Assembly (NCBI GenBank): GCA_040437565.1
Contig: JBDOQK010000022.1
Span: forward strand, 480,609-500,608
Source of the DNA: Albugo candida
Lineage: Eukaryota
DNA: 20,000 bases
Direction: 5' to 3'
Below, one piece after another: positions 1 to 11,694 of this stretch. A program made the translations under genes and the position numbers. Every line of letters starts with the position of its first letter. Positions within the stretch are counted from its first letter, which is position 1. The notes beneath the pieces are model-generated. The model searched no databases, was not told the origin of the DNA, and was given only the letters and a program-made list of their open reading frames with translations.

Positions 1-277
1 TACGGCGATTATTATCATAGAGTCAACACTTGCTTATTGTAGAATGCTTGACACCCATGATCAGGGAGAGTTATCTTGGAGTTATATTGTCAAACATCGA
101 GCTTTGTCTCGCCAAATGTTCCCTGACTCGTCTCTATATTCAACCTTTTTTTTTAATCACGCATCATCCGCACCCATATCAACATGATATAAAATCTGCA
201 TGGAAGACCATTTTCCTTTAATCAGATGTGATGAACTGATAATTTACTTTTACCGTCAGCGTTATAATCATTCCTCG

Positions 278-1093
278 ATGAAGGATTGCATTATTTTCAT
301 GATTTCTCTTCACTTTGAATTTTCGTTAGCTTTTCAGCAAAGGCAGACTGAGTTCCGAGTATGCAAACGCTATTGCCCAGTCGTGTCACGTCCGAAACAT
401 AAGTACTCCATTACATCTTGAATGAATAAGAAAGGATTAAGTCTCGGAGTCAAAGCCGAAAGCAAAACGTTTGAGAATTCCTCAAGCCAGGCCATTCTTG
501 AAGTCAACACATTTTATCTGGTGTCATCAGCGTGCGATGTATTCTAAAAAAGCTTATACCATTCCATTTCTTTGGGCAGATTGCCTGCTACATCTTGCAA
601 CATTGTGATGCACGCGGTGTTAAAAAACAAAGTGTCTCGAGCAGCAATTTAACTATGTTTCAAAATGGAAGTTCCGACCATGAGCGCGTTCTTTTCCAGT
701 GAAAGGATCGCGAGCTATGTGCAAGAGAAATTTTGTAACTGTCAGATCAATCAAAAAAAGCTAGGTACTGTACATCTTGAGGATTCCAGATGGCAAGTAT
801 CGTATGTTTCGTTCGGTTGCATAGTGAGCTGAATTCCGATTGCACGAAAATTGAAATTCGTTTATTGTAGAAAGGACCTTTACATACAAAAGAATCCGCC
901 ATCCAGTTTTTATTCGAGGTTTAGCTTAACACATTTCTTGATCCGAATCAACAAAGGGCATCCATGTGGTCGCTTTCTTTTGGTACTGACGAATACAACA
1001 GTAAGATATCGCATCCGAGTAGGGTATTGCGACTGTCACTTGGTATCACGTTCTCGCTCCCAAGCGTCACGAGCCTTATTGCCTTACTTTTGA
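278..1093 (+). pseudogene. Decayed gene for a putative secreted Cys-containing protein (possible CCG-effector relic)
   Basis: ATG at 278 gives a signal-peptide-like start, MKDCIIFMISLHFEFSLA. The same frame runs to TGA at 1091-1093 with only 4 internal stops (419, 545, 650, 830) in 272 codons, far fewer than expected for AT-rich DNA. 362-391 encodes CKRYCPVVSR, which becomes CxxCxxxxxG with two single-base changes (TAT>TGT, CGT>GGT). Confidence 0.4.
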
Positions 1094-1650
1094 AGATACA
1101 AATATGCCACTTTTGATTTTATAAAACCTGAGACAACGGTTAGAATGAAATCTCGTTTTAAGAAGATCATGAACATTTGCTTCGCACACTTGACGGTAAA
1201 CGCGCCACCAGATCCAACACAGGGATTGTCCACCTAGACCATTCGCTCGTGCACAACTCGACAACATAAGCGAGCACGTCTTTGTGTGCAGCGATACCCC
1301 ATCTTTACTGAAGAGAAGAACGCATTAAACTCATTGTTTGATCTAATTTTCTGAAGAACGGCCCATCAAATTGGATTGATACTTGATATTGCGAGCGCTT
1401 GCGTTGCGTGATCTCGGCTAGAGAGGTTCCGCGCTATGATGCGCGACATTCCACTCTATTACAAGTGTTCCGTTTTTATCAATTTCTCTTTTTCTACAGC
1501 AGTTCTATTCATAGCGAGTTGTTTTGGCCAAGAAAGAACTTATATATCAATGAGAAGCCCTTCATGTGTACATTTTTATTTACAATATATCTTACTCAAA
1601 AAAAAGCGCTCAATCAAACCGATCAGTCCCAATTCATGTACCCATACACG

Positions 1651-2258
1651 ATGGTTAGAGTTTTACCAAATTTTCAGCACAAATTTCACCGTGTCACGGC
1701 ACATCTATAGCACCGTAACAAGCATGTTTGCATGGTACACGGACTTAGCGGCATTGAACAAGAACGATAGAACGCTTTGTTATTGCATATCAATAATGTA
1801 GTTACTTGTAGCGGTATGAACTCCTAGGGTAACACAATTGGAGAACTTTTGACTCCAAGTGTTCTTACGAAGAAATGTGTATGATTTATCAAAGCATGAA
1901 TCAGACTATACGTATGAAGAAAGCTTCCGTTTTCGTTTGATTTGAGTAAAAGGTCCATTCGCTACTTTCAATTCTCTGTCAATATACCCACATCTATCCA
2001 GGTGTTATGTCATCTTTTCATAGGAGATTGGAAGAAATGCATAAACATGTTTGTTGAATCCTGGCTTCGCTGTTGTCTCACATTTAAGTGGATTCAATTT
2101 CGCTTCTTCTTCGATCTCGGAAATGTAATGCGACTTGACTGACACGAGAACGACATTGTGCGTCGGAGAATAGAAGTGCAAGCATATTGGATCATCGTGT
2201 TCAGCGACACTAAATGTGACGATAGGACCGGAAACATCGAAGGGCTTTCAAGATTCAA
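1651..2258 (+). pseudogene. Decayed gene copy A of an unknown family, paralogous to 9198-9794
   Basis: 2023-2220 aligns without gaps to 9559-9756 (offset 7536; my manual count 115/198 identical). Further anchors: ccgtaaca at 1713/9259 and aaaagg at 1948/9482. One frame reads F(I/K)GDW(K/T)K..IV..R..Q..I.F..KCD in both copies, with internal stops. Confidence 0.45.
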
Positions 2259-4406
2259 AGAAAATGCGGGGAGAACATTTCCTCCTGAGATAAATACAAA
2301 ATCGACGGTAGCGTTTTTGACATAATATATATTCATGTACAAAACGTTCTGTGAAGATAACTGTGTTATAAGAAACACTTTGATATCAGACCATTGCTGA
2401 AGGCTTTGTAATGGTATACATCTGGGTCACATTCTAAGAGCTTTTGCATAAATCTCAGCATCCATAAGCAAGAACTAAAATATTTGACATCTAGCACATG
2501 ACATTCTCAATTTGAGTGCTCGAATCTGTGGGGATCATCAAAAGCTGGCGGCAGGCTCTTTCCCATTTGCGAGAGGGTGCTTTGCAACATTTACTTTTAA
2601 AAGGAGAATTGATGGTTCGTATTGACCTTTGTTGCTAATACCTTCTTTCTGACATGATGCACATTCCTGCACTGATCCGAACGAACCGTTATTTATCCGG
2701 CACATGCAATAAGATCTGATGAACGATCAGTGATATATCAAAACGCAATAGGTAGCTTACAGAACACTGGTCAAGTCAACTTTCGTGAGACGAAAGAAGC
2801 CTTCTGTATCGTACTCATATTGCGTGATAGCGTTTTCTCATAACTAGATATACGGTAGGAGGCGATACCAACCCGTACACATACCTTCGTTACGCATAGG
2901 ATGCAAAATAGATCATACGCTCAAATATAGCCATCGGGCGACTTTCTATGATTATTTGCGCTTTTTAATGCTTTTTGAAGTTCACACACCTCACAAGATT
3001 GTTCATTGTTTTTCTAACACGATCATGTTGCCCCAAAAGTACCTCTTTGAGACTTCCTTTTTCGTACTTCAGGGGACCTTTATGGATACACCATCAGAAT
3101 ATTTGTCCAACCCAAATGGATTCAACAATGCCGGACTAAGAGAAATCATCGACCATTTGGATTTCTGTAGCGCAATGTGGCATTACATAGAAAGAATATA
3201 GACCCACACTTGATCCGATGAGAGCTGGACTGAGAACTATGAAACCAGTATGCTGCCTCAGGGATTTTCTGTATATACCAGTAGCCATGAAACTACATTG
3301 AACCATACAAACCATTTCTTTGCTGATCTGCTACTCTCCGGCCATATAGTAGCTTGTTAGTCATTTTTGAAAGAGCGATCTATCCCTTCTTCCAAAGTAT
3401 CTATGAAACGAACCGATAGTACAATGCGTGTCTAATCTAGTGCATGAGTATGAGTATGCTAGAAACCGTCTCAGGAAGACGTGGCTTCCATACCAGTAAA
3501 TGCGTTCAATATTTTATCAGGTGAGAATCCACCAGCTCCTGCTTTAAAGAGAAGGCCACTCTGGCAATTGCTGTACTGATACTACATCCCTTCTCCATGT
3601 ACGCTTTTTTCCCCAACGCTATAAAGTTGTTTTACTGAACATTGACTACAGAATACTATCTAGGATCTATGCAAGAATAGTTTTTTGGTGTTATGCAAGA
3701 GTTTAACGAAGTCGATCATGAAAGAATCAACTGAATAGGATGAGGCTACAACTAACGGATACGTGAAAGATTCCAGCAACGCTTATCATCCATAACTGAT
3801 CTTTTGGCGAATCAGAGATGTATGAGAAAGCTATATCATTTCATTATATAATGAAAAATTATCCCGTGACTTTCTTCTACTCGCTGAAGCATATCACTAA
3901 ACGCAATATGCATAGAAAATACACAGCAGCTCACACTCGGATTGAAGGCTTTCTTTTCAATCTCATTACCACTGTATAAAATATGCACAAATAATCCTAA
4001 GTGCCACATGCCAAGAATAATAGAGTTCGACATAAGCTCAGAGGTTGAAGCACGCAAAGTCGTGTGACTGGAGACCACTTGACTACCGAATTAGGTTCCC
4101 TCTTCTCGGGATCATACTGTAAGTAATCATTTCTTTTGAAAGTGGACTTCTTTGGACACGGTTTATTTCGTCAAGATGCGATAAATAAGTTGTCCCCGGT
4201 TCAAAATTTCAAGATTACAAATTCTTGAGTCAAAAAGACAATGAGCAGTTATTGATGTTTCAGAGACATTCGAACCTGCTTGTACGACGGATCTTGAGAT
4301 CAGATGGTGTTTTTTCGGATTCACGGATTTCCTATAGCAGCACCTCACGGCGGTATCTTGACCTACTATCGCATAACGCTTGATGATAATCCAAACCCGA
4401 TTGTAT

Positions 4407-4848
4407 TCGGTGTGGGTAGTTTAAAACAAATTGATTCAGAAAGATGTTTTGCCTGACAATAACGGATGACTATGCTTTGCTGAATGACCTATTTTCGTTG
4501 CATAATTTTGGGTGGAACGCGCAATGGATCTGGGTCCGGAAACAGTAGTGAAATAAAAAATTAAATGTGTAGAGTTTNNNNNNNNNNNNNNNNNNNNNNN
4601 NNNNNNNNNNNNNNNNNNNNNNNNNNNNNNNNNNNNNNNNNNNNNNNNNNNNNNNNNNNNNNNNNNNNNNNNNNNNNTCGGTGTGGGTAGTTTAAAACAA
4701 ATTGATTCAGAAAGATGTTTTGCCTGACAATAACGGATGACTATGCTTTGCTGAATGACCTATTTTCGTTGCATAATTTTGGGTGGAACGCGCAATGGAT
4801 CTGGGTCCGGAAACAGTAGTGAAATAAAAAATTAAATGTGTAGAGTTT
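4407..4848. other. Scaffold gap (N 4578-4677) flanked by an identical 171-bp duplication (4407-4577 = 4678-4848); assembly overlap artefact
   Basis: Both copies abut the 100-N run exactly and appear identical. Confidence 0.9.
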
Positions 4849-6466
4849 GCGTGATGACGCATTTCATGATGTGGAACACAAAGAGGCTCTATTATGACCG
4901 TCCACATGTCCTATATAATATAATCCACGAAGAGAAAAAACATGAAGCAACGTAGACACATGACTACCTCTTCCATTTTTTAGTACTTGCACCCCATTAA
5001 TTCAAAGCATCGACTAAATTGTCTTGTCGGAATACTTTATCGATCGCTGTAAATCAATGCTGAAAGTATTCATGACTTCATTTGTCATCTGTATATGAAA
5101 TCATCTTGCGCGTGCTCTGTAGTATTTACCCTTCCTCGTCCGAAAAAAACCATGTTCATGAAACATCTCACATGACTTGGTGTGTCCGAACACCTACATG
5201 CAAGTCTGATGTACGTTACGCGTCCTTATTCCTTGATGTGTCACCTCGAACATAAGAAAACCTTCTTAAAACTTATGATTGAGATGGAACAACTTGCAAG
5301 GATACTGTGTGACGTCAATGAGCAGCCAACTATAAGCAGCTAAGGTATGCATATTATGGTTTGTAATTTTGTAACACCTATCGATGCCTGACTAGTGATC
5401 ACGTTTAGACATCCATTTTTGTATCACGTGGTATTTGTATCAATCGACAACATGACCAAATCCCTCCATCCGAGTACTTGGTTTTTCTCTATTGAGATGA
5501 CTTGGTAAGAAGGCTTTTGAATGATATAGCGCAAGCAGGAATGGAATATGTTACAAGGTGCTTTGTTTCGTTTTCATCAATGCGGTCGGACTTATTTATC
5601 CACATGACCATCAATACTTGAGGAATTCTAACGCCTCCAATTTTAGACTCGATATTTTCGCAAGCTATGAGTGTGTGCACGGCTGAATCCAAATTTTGTT
5701 ACCTGCCTTCCTCAGCTGTGCCCTCTATAACTTCAAAAAGCGAAGATGTTTATGTCTCGAGAATGGAAGAGAAATCAAAATACCAAACAACCCACTATCT
5801 TAATTTTTTTGAAATTCACGACAATCCATACGATCCAATGAGCGTGAAATCGACGCAAAGAAAATTCCATCTAAGTACAAACATTTCACACCGATTAGAT
5901 AGACTGCTACATCTCGTAATATGATACTCTCGATATGTAGAAATCGTTATTTCGATATTACGAGAAATTCAAATGATCTAATGAGAAATTAAGCAAGGAG
6001 CATTCCGAGAAAGTCAGATACGAGGACTTCTGAGTTACACGTGACGTTCAGAAACGTGGAGTGACGTGAACTATGTCAAGTGTTTCTCAACCTAGAAGAA
6101 TCGACCAATACGCGATTGACCCGAATGAAGTGTACAGAGAACTAGGAAGGATGACATCCAGAAACAAATTTGCATCTTTATCGATTCATACGTCTCTCAA
6201 AACCGGTACGCTCATGCAAAAATATGATGCAGATATAAAAAATGCAATTTGAACACCCCTTAGTTTTGGACGTGAAATTTCATCGTTGGTTCTATGATTC
6301 GAGGTTCACGTGATTTATCATTGGTAGGGGCAGGCGTGAAAAGTGATTCTAAGTAGGAGATCGTGCAATCAGAAACTCTGACTCGATGTTATACTGGCAA
6401 TGCACCTCTTTGTTGGATATGTATGATACCTGAACGGTGCAGTCCACCCTACATCAATTAGCTTAG

Positions 6467-7093
6467 ATGTTTTCACTCCGGTTGGGTCTCTGTATTCATT
6501 CTTTACCACAGCGAAAGAGCTCATTTATATTTCAGGTTTAGACGATCTTAGCAAAACGGTATTATTCAGCTGCTCATTTCCCTGAAACTCAGCGTGCTTG
6601 AAACAGACGCTATTGGAACAATTGAAAAGCATTTACGGTCATAAGCCCCGCATAAAGAATCATACCAAATTACTGATTTCACTTTTTGGTCGCTTGTGTA
6701 GAACTCGTGCGCACCCAAATTCTCTTTTGGGTTTTGGCCGGCCAAGAGCGACTTCGTACTATTTGGTCCAAATACTACAGCGACAGTCATGGTATCGTAA
6801 TTGTCGAAGACGCTAACACTGAGAATCGCTTCGAAGAAGTCAAAGGTACACTTTCGGGAATGTTTACAGATGAGGAGCTCATTTGTGTGCCTGGGATCGT
6901 TTTAGCCAACAAAAATGACTGAAAAGACGCACATCCGATCAGCGCGATAGAGGAGCTCTATCAAATATAAAAGCTGACTTCAGCACCCGCAAAGCTTGTG
7001 TCCGTATCTGCAATCACAAAAGACGGAATTCAGGCGGCAGTCTAATGGATTTTGTATCGCGTAAGGAAAAGAAAACAACTTCTAACGCAGTGA
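6467..7093 (+). pseudogene. ARFRP1: ARF-related small GTPase pseudogene, ARFRP1/Arl3-type
   Basis: MFSL N-terminus. P-loop relic ISGLDDLSKT (normally GLDxAGKT) splices to TLLEQLKSIYG. FWVLAGQERLRTIWSKYYSDSHGIV matches the WDLGGQ switch II region; VLANKND matches NKxD; VSAITKDGIQAAV*WI matches the G5/C-terminal region. Lesions: frameshifts, in-frame stops at 6920, 6968 and 7043, and the G3 Asp changed to Val. Confidence 0.85.
6559..6606 (+). other. 48-nt GT-AG spliceosomal intron in the GTPase pseudogene
   Basis: GTATTA...AAACAG. Removing it joins ...SKT to TLLEQLKSIY, restoring the GKT-TLL P-loop helix in frame. Confidence 0.75.
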
Positions 7094-9197
7094 ATCGGTT
7101 TTCTCCAAATTTTTTTGTTGAAACCTGATGAAAGGAACCACCACATTATCGGTACTGGATCGTTGAAATTCCAACGCTTATATTCGTACCCGCAACCTGA
7201 TTATATCAGTTGTGATTTCAATTAAAAAATCCGCTAGTTTACAATCCAAGTATTGAAATTCTCCCCTGTACCAAGTTGCTTTCCTTTGAAAACTTTCATT
7301 CCATCACTTGTGAAATATTTGCTCTTGCCTTTACCCGACGTCCTCGCCCCCATTTACCGATTCGGCATAGAATAAAGCAATTGTTTGTGATGCCGCCGTT
7401 GGACACCGGACTTGTGTTCATCGTGGATGATGATCGTAGTGACAAAAGCCTTAGATTTCGTAATAAGTAATTTATATACAGTCGATATCCATTTGATATG
7501 ATGCGATGCAGCAGTCTATCTTTAGGTGAGTAACTAGAGTGCTGCGTCATACTACTTGACGTTAATTTCTATGTAGAACATCCACCAGTAGATGTTGAGG
7601 CACAAAATAGAAATAAGAAGATATTACCAGGTCTGCTTTTCCACGATTATGCAGGCAATAGATACCTGGTTTTAGCAAATGAAGAGGCATACCGGATGCA
7701 TGTCACAATATTCTTTTGTATCACTCCTGATACAAACATCAGAATCAGAAAAGAAGCAAAACTTCAGGGCTCACATAAGAGCCTTCACAGAATAATATCA
7801 CGTGTGGTATATGATTCAATGCAAAGTAAGCTCTCATAGAGTCTAATTCGCATTAACGTGGTTAAGATATGTCGCTTTTTTTAACGATTGACGTTTCTAA
7901 GGTGGATGAGAAGTATGTTATGTCCATTTACGATGCACATGATGATATTTGGGAGCAAGTTGAGGTGTCGGGACCGTTGACTTTTTTTTTCTCAAGATCC
8001 CAGGTATCCACCAAAAAACCTTCTTCTTTCTTGTGTAGAGGGCGATAGAAGCGTTAGAAAGGTGGCTATTACGTCCTTCCAATTGTACAACTCGATCGCA
8101 AAGTGACTCTATATCAACTTTACTGTTCGGCTTGCTCCTGTTTGCTTTAATTAGGACCCACTTGACATTGCTGCAAACATCGATCACTGAATTCGGCAGC
8201 TTCTCCCTTAACTATAGAAAGAACTTGCGATCCATGAAAAAAATTACATTCTGCGATTTGAGACAGAGCCTGTAGCATCACCTCCGCTAGAATAGCAATC
8301 AGTCTGAGGTGCCTTTTCTTTTCAATTGATTGATTGAGTATCAAAAAAGAAAAAGAGATGAAGCGGTAACCACAAGACATCTGAAGCAATTGCAAATCCG
8401 TCCTCTTTAGGTTTACGATTATCTCATCGTCTGAAGCAACTTACTCCTGAAAAACACAGTATAGCCCATACTTGCTAGGTAGCTCGCCACTGTATGCGAC
8501 ACAGAACCTGCTCCAAAAAGCTATTTCCTTTCGCTCCACCACACGACATCAAGTTCGCCTGCAGTTTGTTCCCTTGTCGCGCAAGTAAGCTGGGCCGTTA
8601 CAGATCACCTTTCATAAAAATGAAGAAACTTTCTTAAATGATGTTTGGTGTGTGGTTGTAGTGGAAGAAAATTAGAAAATAGATTGCCAGATATCACAGG
8701 AGACGATTGTCTTTTTTTGGATAATATCTCCACAGCTTCCACGTTTTCCATTTAGTGGTGATCGTTTCGATCTCGCTTGATACGTCATCATGTGATATGC
8801 ACCACTTCCTGTGTAAGTTTACTAATTCTCACGCTTATTCATACTTTTATTACTCGCATTCAACTTCTTCTTGACTTCTTCTTTTTCATTTAAACTTCTG
8901 CCATATTCGACATGATTTAAATAGCATTATTCTATTCATAGGGTGACAATTCTGTCAGACAATAAATATGAGTGATGAATTGAAGCGTTGGAGCAAACTC
9001 GTTTTTATCTCACATCATGGAAAGAATGATAAAAGTATTAGGACATGCCTTATGAATTTTTGTGACGCACAAAGATAGCATCGTAATATTAACGTTTGTA
9101 TGCTGAATGTATTCAGTGGCATTGCTCGAGTACGAGTACGACTGCATGCGTTAACGCTCCACAATAATTAAGAAGTCACTGGAAGGAGCGGGAATGC

Positions 9198-9794
9198 ATG
9201 ACGGATTATCTTTTTACTGTAATTTTAGCAAGCATGTATTACTGACAATTGTCTCACTCCGTAACAGGAGTGTACCACGCAAAGAAGAATGCCTTTGCGT
9301 TGCGATTGTAGACGTTGAAGTAAAGAATAGTGCAGAAATCGTCATACAGCGGTCGAGAATGATTTCTGAAGAGTACAACAAAGAAAATGAGGCAATACTT
9401 GGCCAAAAGGGTTTCGATCTCTTTTTAAAGTTGTAGTATCCAAGACCACCGTAGTTAAAACCTCCTCCGCACCTATGCGGAAAAAGGAGCCCATGCATAA
9501 ATTCCTTCCTGAATCGTCCCAATAGTTCCATTCCAATGTGATCTTTCGTCGATTCAAAGGAGATTGGACGAAGTGAATGGATGTCATGATCAAACGTTTC
9601 AAGGGATATACTCACACATTGTCAGAACGGCAGTAATACGTCGTCTTCTACCATCTAGATGTATTGCCGCTCATTTAATACGAAAAAGAGATTGTGGGCC
9701 AGAGAAAACAAGAGCAATAATTTCGGATCCTTATATTCGGCCAGCACAAATGTGACTTTTAAATCAGAATGGCTATTACGCCTTTAAGAGTTCG
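9198..9794 (+). pseudogene. Decayed gene copy B of an unknown, possibly secreted family, paralogous to 1651-2258
   Basis: ATG at 9198 gives a signal-peptide-like start, MTDYLFTVILASMYY*QLSHS. Gapless 58% DNA identity to 2023-2220. Multiple stops and frameshifts. Confidence 0.45.
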
Positions 9795-9880
9795 ACTTAC
9801 GTTTTGAGATGGTGTCTTCTATCTTGGATCGATACGATTACGGGTCTTCAGGATTAGGCAAGTGATATTCGGTACCCATA

Positions 9881-11245
9881 TCATCTGGCATCTTGGACTT
9901 TATCATATTCCAGGATATATTTGACAGATTCGTACAAGATGTCAGAATGTTGATTGCATTCACCGTTAGCGATGATTACAAGCCTTTTGCAGACGGATTT
10001 TTCCTTTGCAGTCATTCCCTCTGCAAGTCCACTTGTCGATTGACTTGAATTGTACCCATGGTCGTTATAGTCGATACACTCAGTGCACCTATCATCTTGG
10101 GATGGAGACATTCCTGACATGCTTCAGGATCCCTGCTATGGTACGCCAAAAAACATTCACTAAACTGACCCGTGCTAGCAGCCGCACCCGCCAATCCTGG
10201 CAAGATTTGTCTGCTGAATGATGGCATCTGAAAAATGCAATTAGTAGCCTGGATGACACTTGTTCAAAGTAACCATCTTGAGACTATAACCATCTTCATC
10301 GTGTTCCGTTTCAGTTATATTCTCGGCTGACAAAATCATTATTAAGCCATTAAGCGTAGACACGTCTTTCGACCCCATCCAATGCACATATGCTGGTTTT
10401 TCAGATATCTTTAGTGGAATGATATAGCATCTTATAGGAAGTAATCCTAAATGTATCCGTGCAAATCGGGACAGCGGTCATTTTCGCACATACTAATCGA
10501 GGCGTTGGTCTCTTTGATTTAGAACGCCAATGTTGAACAGGCTTCCAGACGAGTGGGTTTGTGTGGAATTGTTAAAATACTTCACCAGAATAGTTGTCCT
10601 GGATGGAAAAAGAGCAAAAGTCGGAATTAGAGCATACATTGGCGATACTTTCCTTTTCCTTGCATGACTTCATTACATAAGAAGCTTGAAGCCATCCGTT
10701 TACTCCAGTAGCAGATTCTCAAAGTTCTTCGCAACTAGCTAATTGTCTCAGGCAGTTTCTGCATGCATCAGAAAAGTCAGTTATATCTATAGTCAGACAT
10801 ACCAGATTTTCCAGACCCTCATTGTCTCTATCTTACTATGAACTAGATCGTTCCATGCGCAGAAGATAAGCTTCCGTCGGTTCGTTGACACCGTGACGGC
10901 ACATGCTTCAGAGTTCCATCCTCCAAAGTCCTCGGGCAATAACTCTGTACATTTTGAGAACCAATCCAAGAAGAAAAGACAATCATGTCGATCGTCATGC
11001 CTTCTTCCTCCGTGATCGCTATTCTACCAACTCGTGCCTCATCAAGAGGGCAATCCTGCCACTCACTGCATTCTTGCGACTTCCCTCTTCCCAAATTGAC
11101 ATCCATTTGTATTCTCTTTTGAATAGTTCACCGACCTGGCATTCAAGAGACTGACAAGTATGGGTGGAAAAATACTCAATGCTCTTTGAGCATGCATTAG
11201 AAAAACCGATATTGCGCAAAACAGCTACATTCAAATTCGAGTCAT
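9881..11245 (-). pseudogene. Decayed secreted Cys-rich protein gene resembling Albugo CCG (CxxCxxxxxG/CHxC) effectors
   Basis: ATG at 11245 gives the signal relic MTRI*M*LFCAISVFLMHAQRALS. After a frameshift, EWQDCPLDEARVGRIAI (core 11032-11061) is three single-base changes from CQDCLLDEAG. Further motifs: VCLTIDITDFSDACRNCLRQLAS (core 10749-10766) and ECFLAYHSRDPEACQECLHPKMIG (core 10105-10122). Long, stop-poor minus-strand frames throughout. The 3' end is approximate. Confidence 0.6.
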
Positions 11246-11446
11246 CTATTCAAATTCATGCGACGTTACAGCTATCACGGTACTACAATATGCTGTACTT
11301 TTCTTCAAAAGAATGGAATGTTTTGCGTGGCTATTTAGTATTGGCCAATATATCGCTCTATTGAAAAAGAAGGGATCCTACTTACTCTAGTGCAAGACAC
11401 TTCTAACGATAATCTTTTTTCTCTGCGGCCAAATACAATAAAATTA

Positions 11447-11544
11447 TGGTATGGCTATTTCCACCCAGGTTTCTGCTACTTCCATCCACCACGTGACTTT
11501 CTGACCAATCAGATTACGGCGTTTTTTCTACCCAACCTTTTACC
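11447..11544 (+). repeat. Left TIR, followed by a partial direct re-iteration at 11545-11601
   Basis: tggtatggctatttccacccag...gactttctgaccaatcagattacggcgtt...tacc. The blocks atttccacccag and ctttctgaccaatcagattac recur immediately downstream. Confidence 0.85.
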
Positions 11545-11694
11545 ATTTCCACCCAGCCGGTGGCTTTCTGACCAATCAGATTACCGGGGTTTTTCTACAC
11601 CACTGTTTCAAGATATGGCTGCAGTTTCACAGTCCTTCGTGCCGATTGAAGGTATCAGAACCCATATTTGCACTTCTTGTGTGATCCCAATTCT

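Noticed and set aside
2956..4078. Short ORFs of 80-81 aa
   Set aside because: Non-ATG starts, no recognisable motif, and lengths compatible with chance.
4407..4848. Perfect 171-bp direct repeat
   Set aside because: Both copies end exactly at a 100-N gap; unmerged contig overlap, not biology.
6920..7045. In-frame stops as evidence of an alternative genetic code or recoding
   Set aside because: All three stop types occur across the relics together with frameshifts and catalytic-site mutations, which indicates ordinary pseudogene decay.
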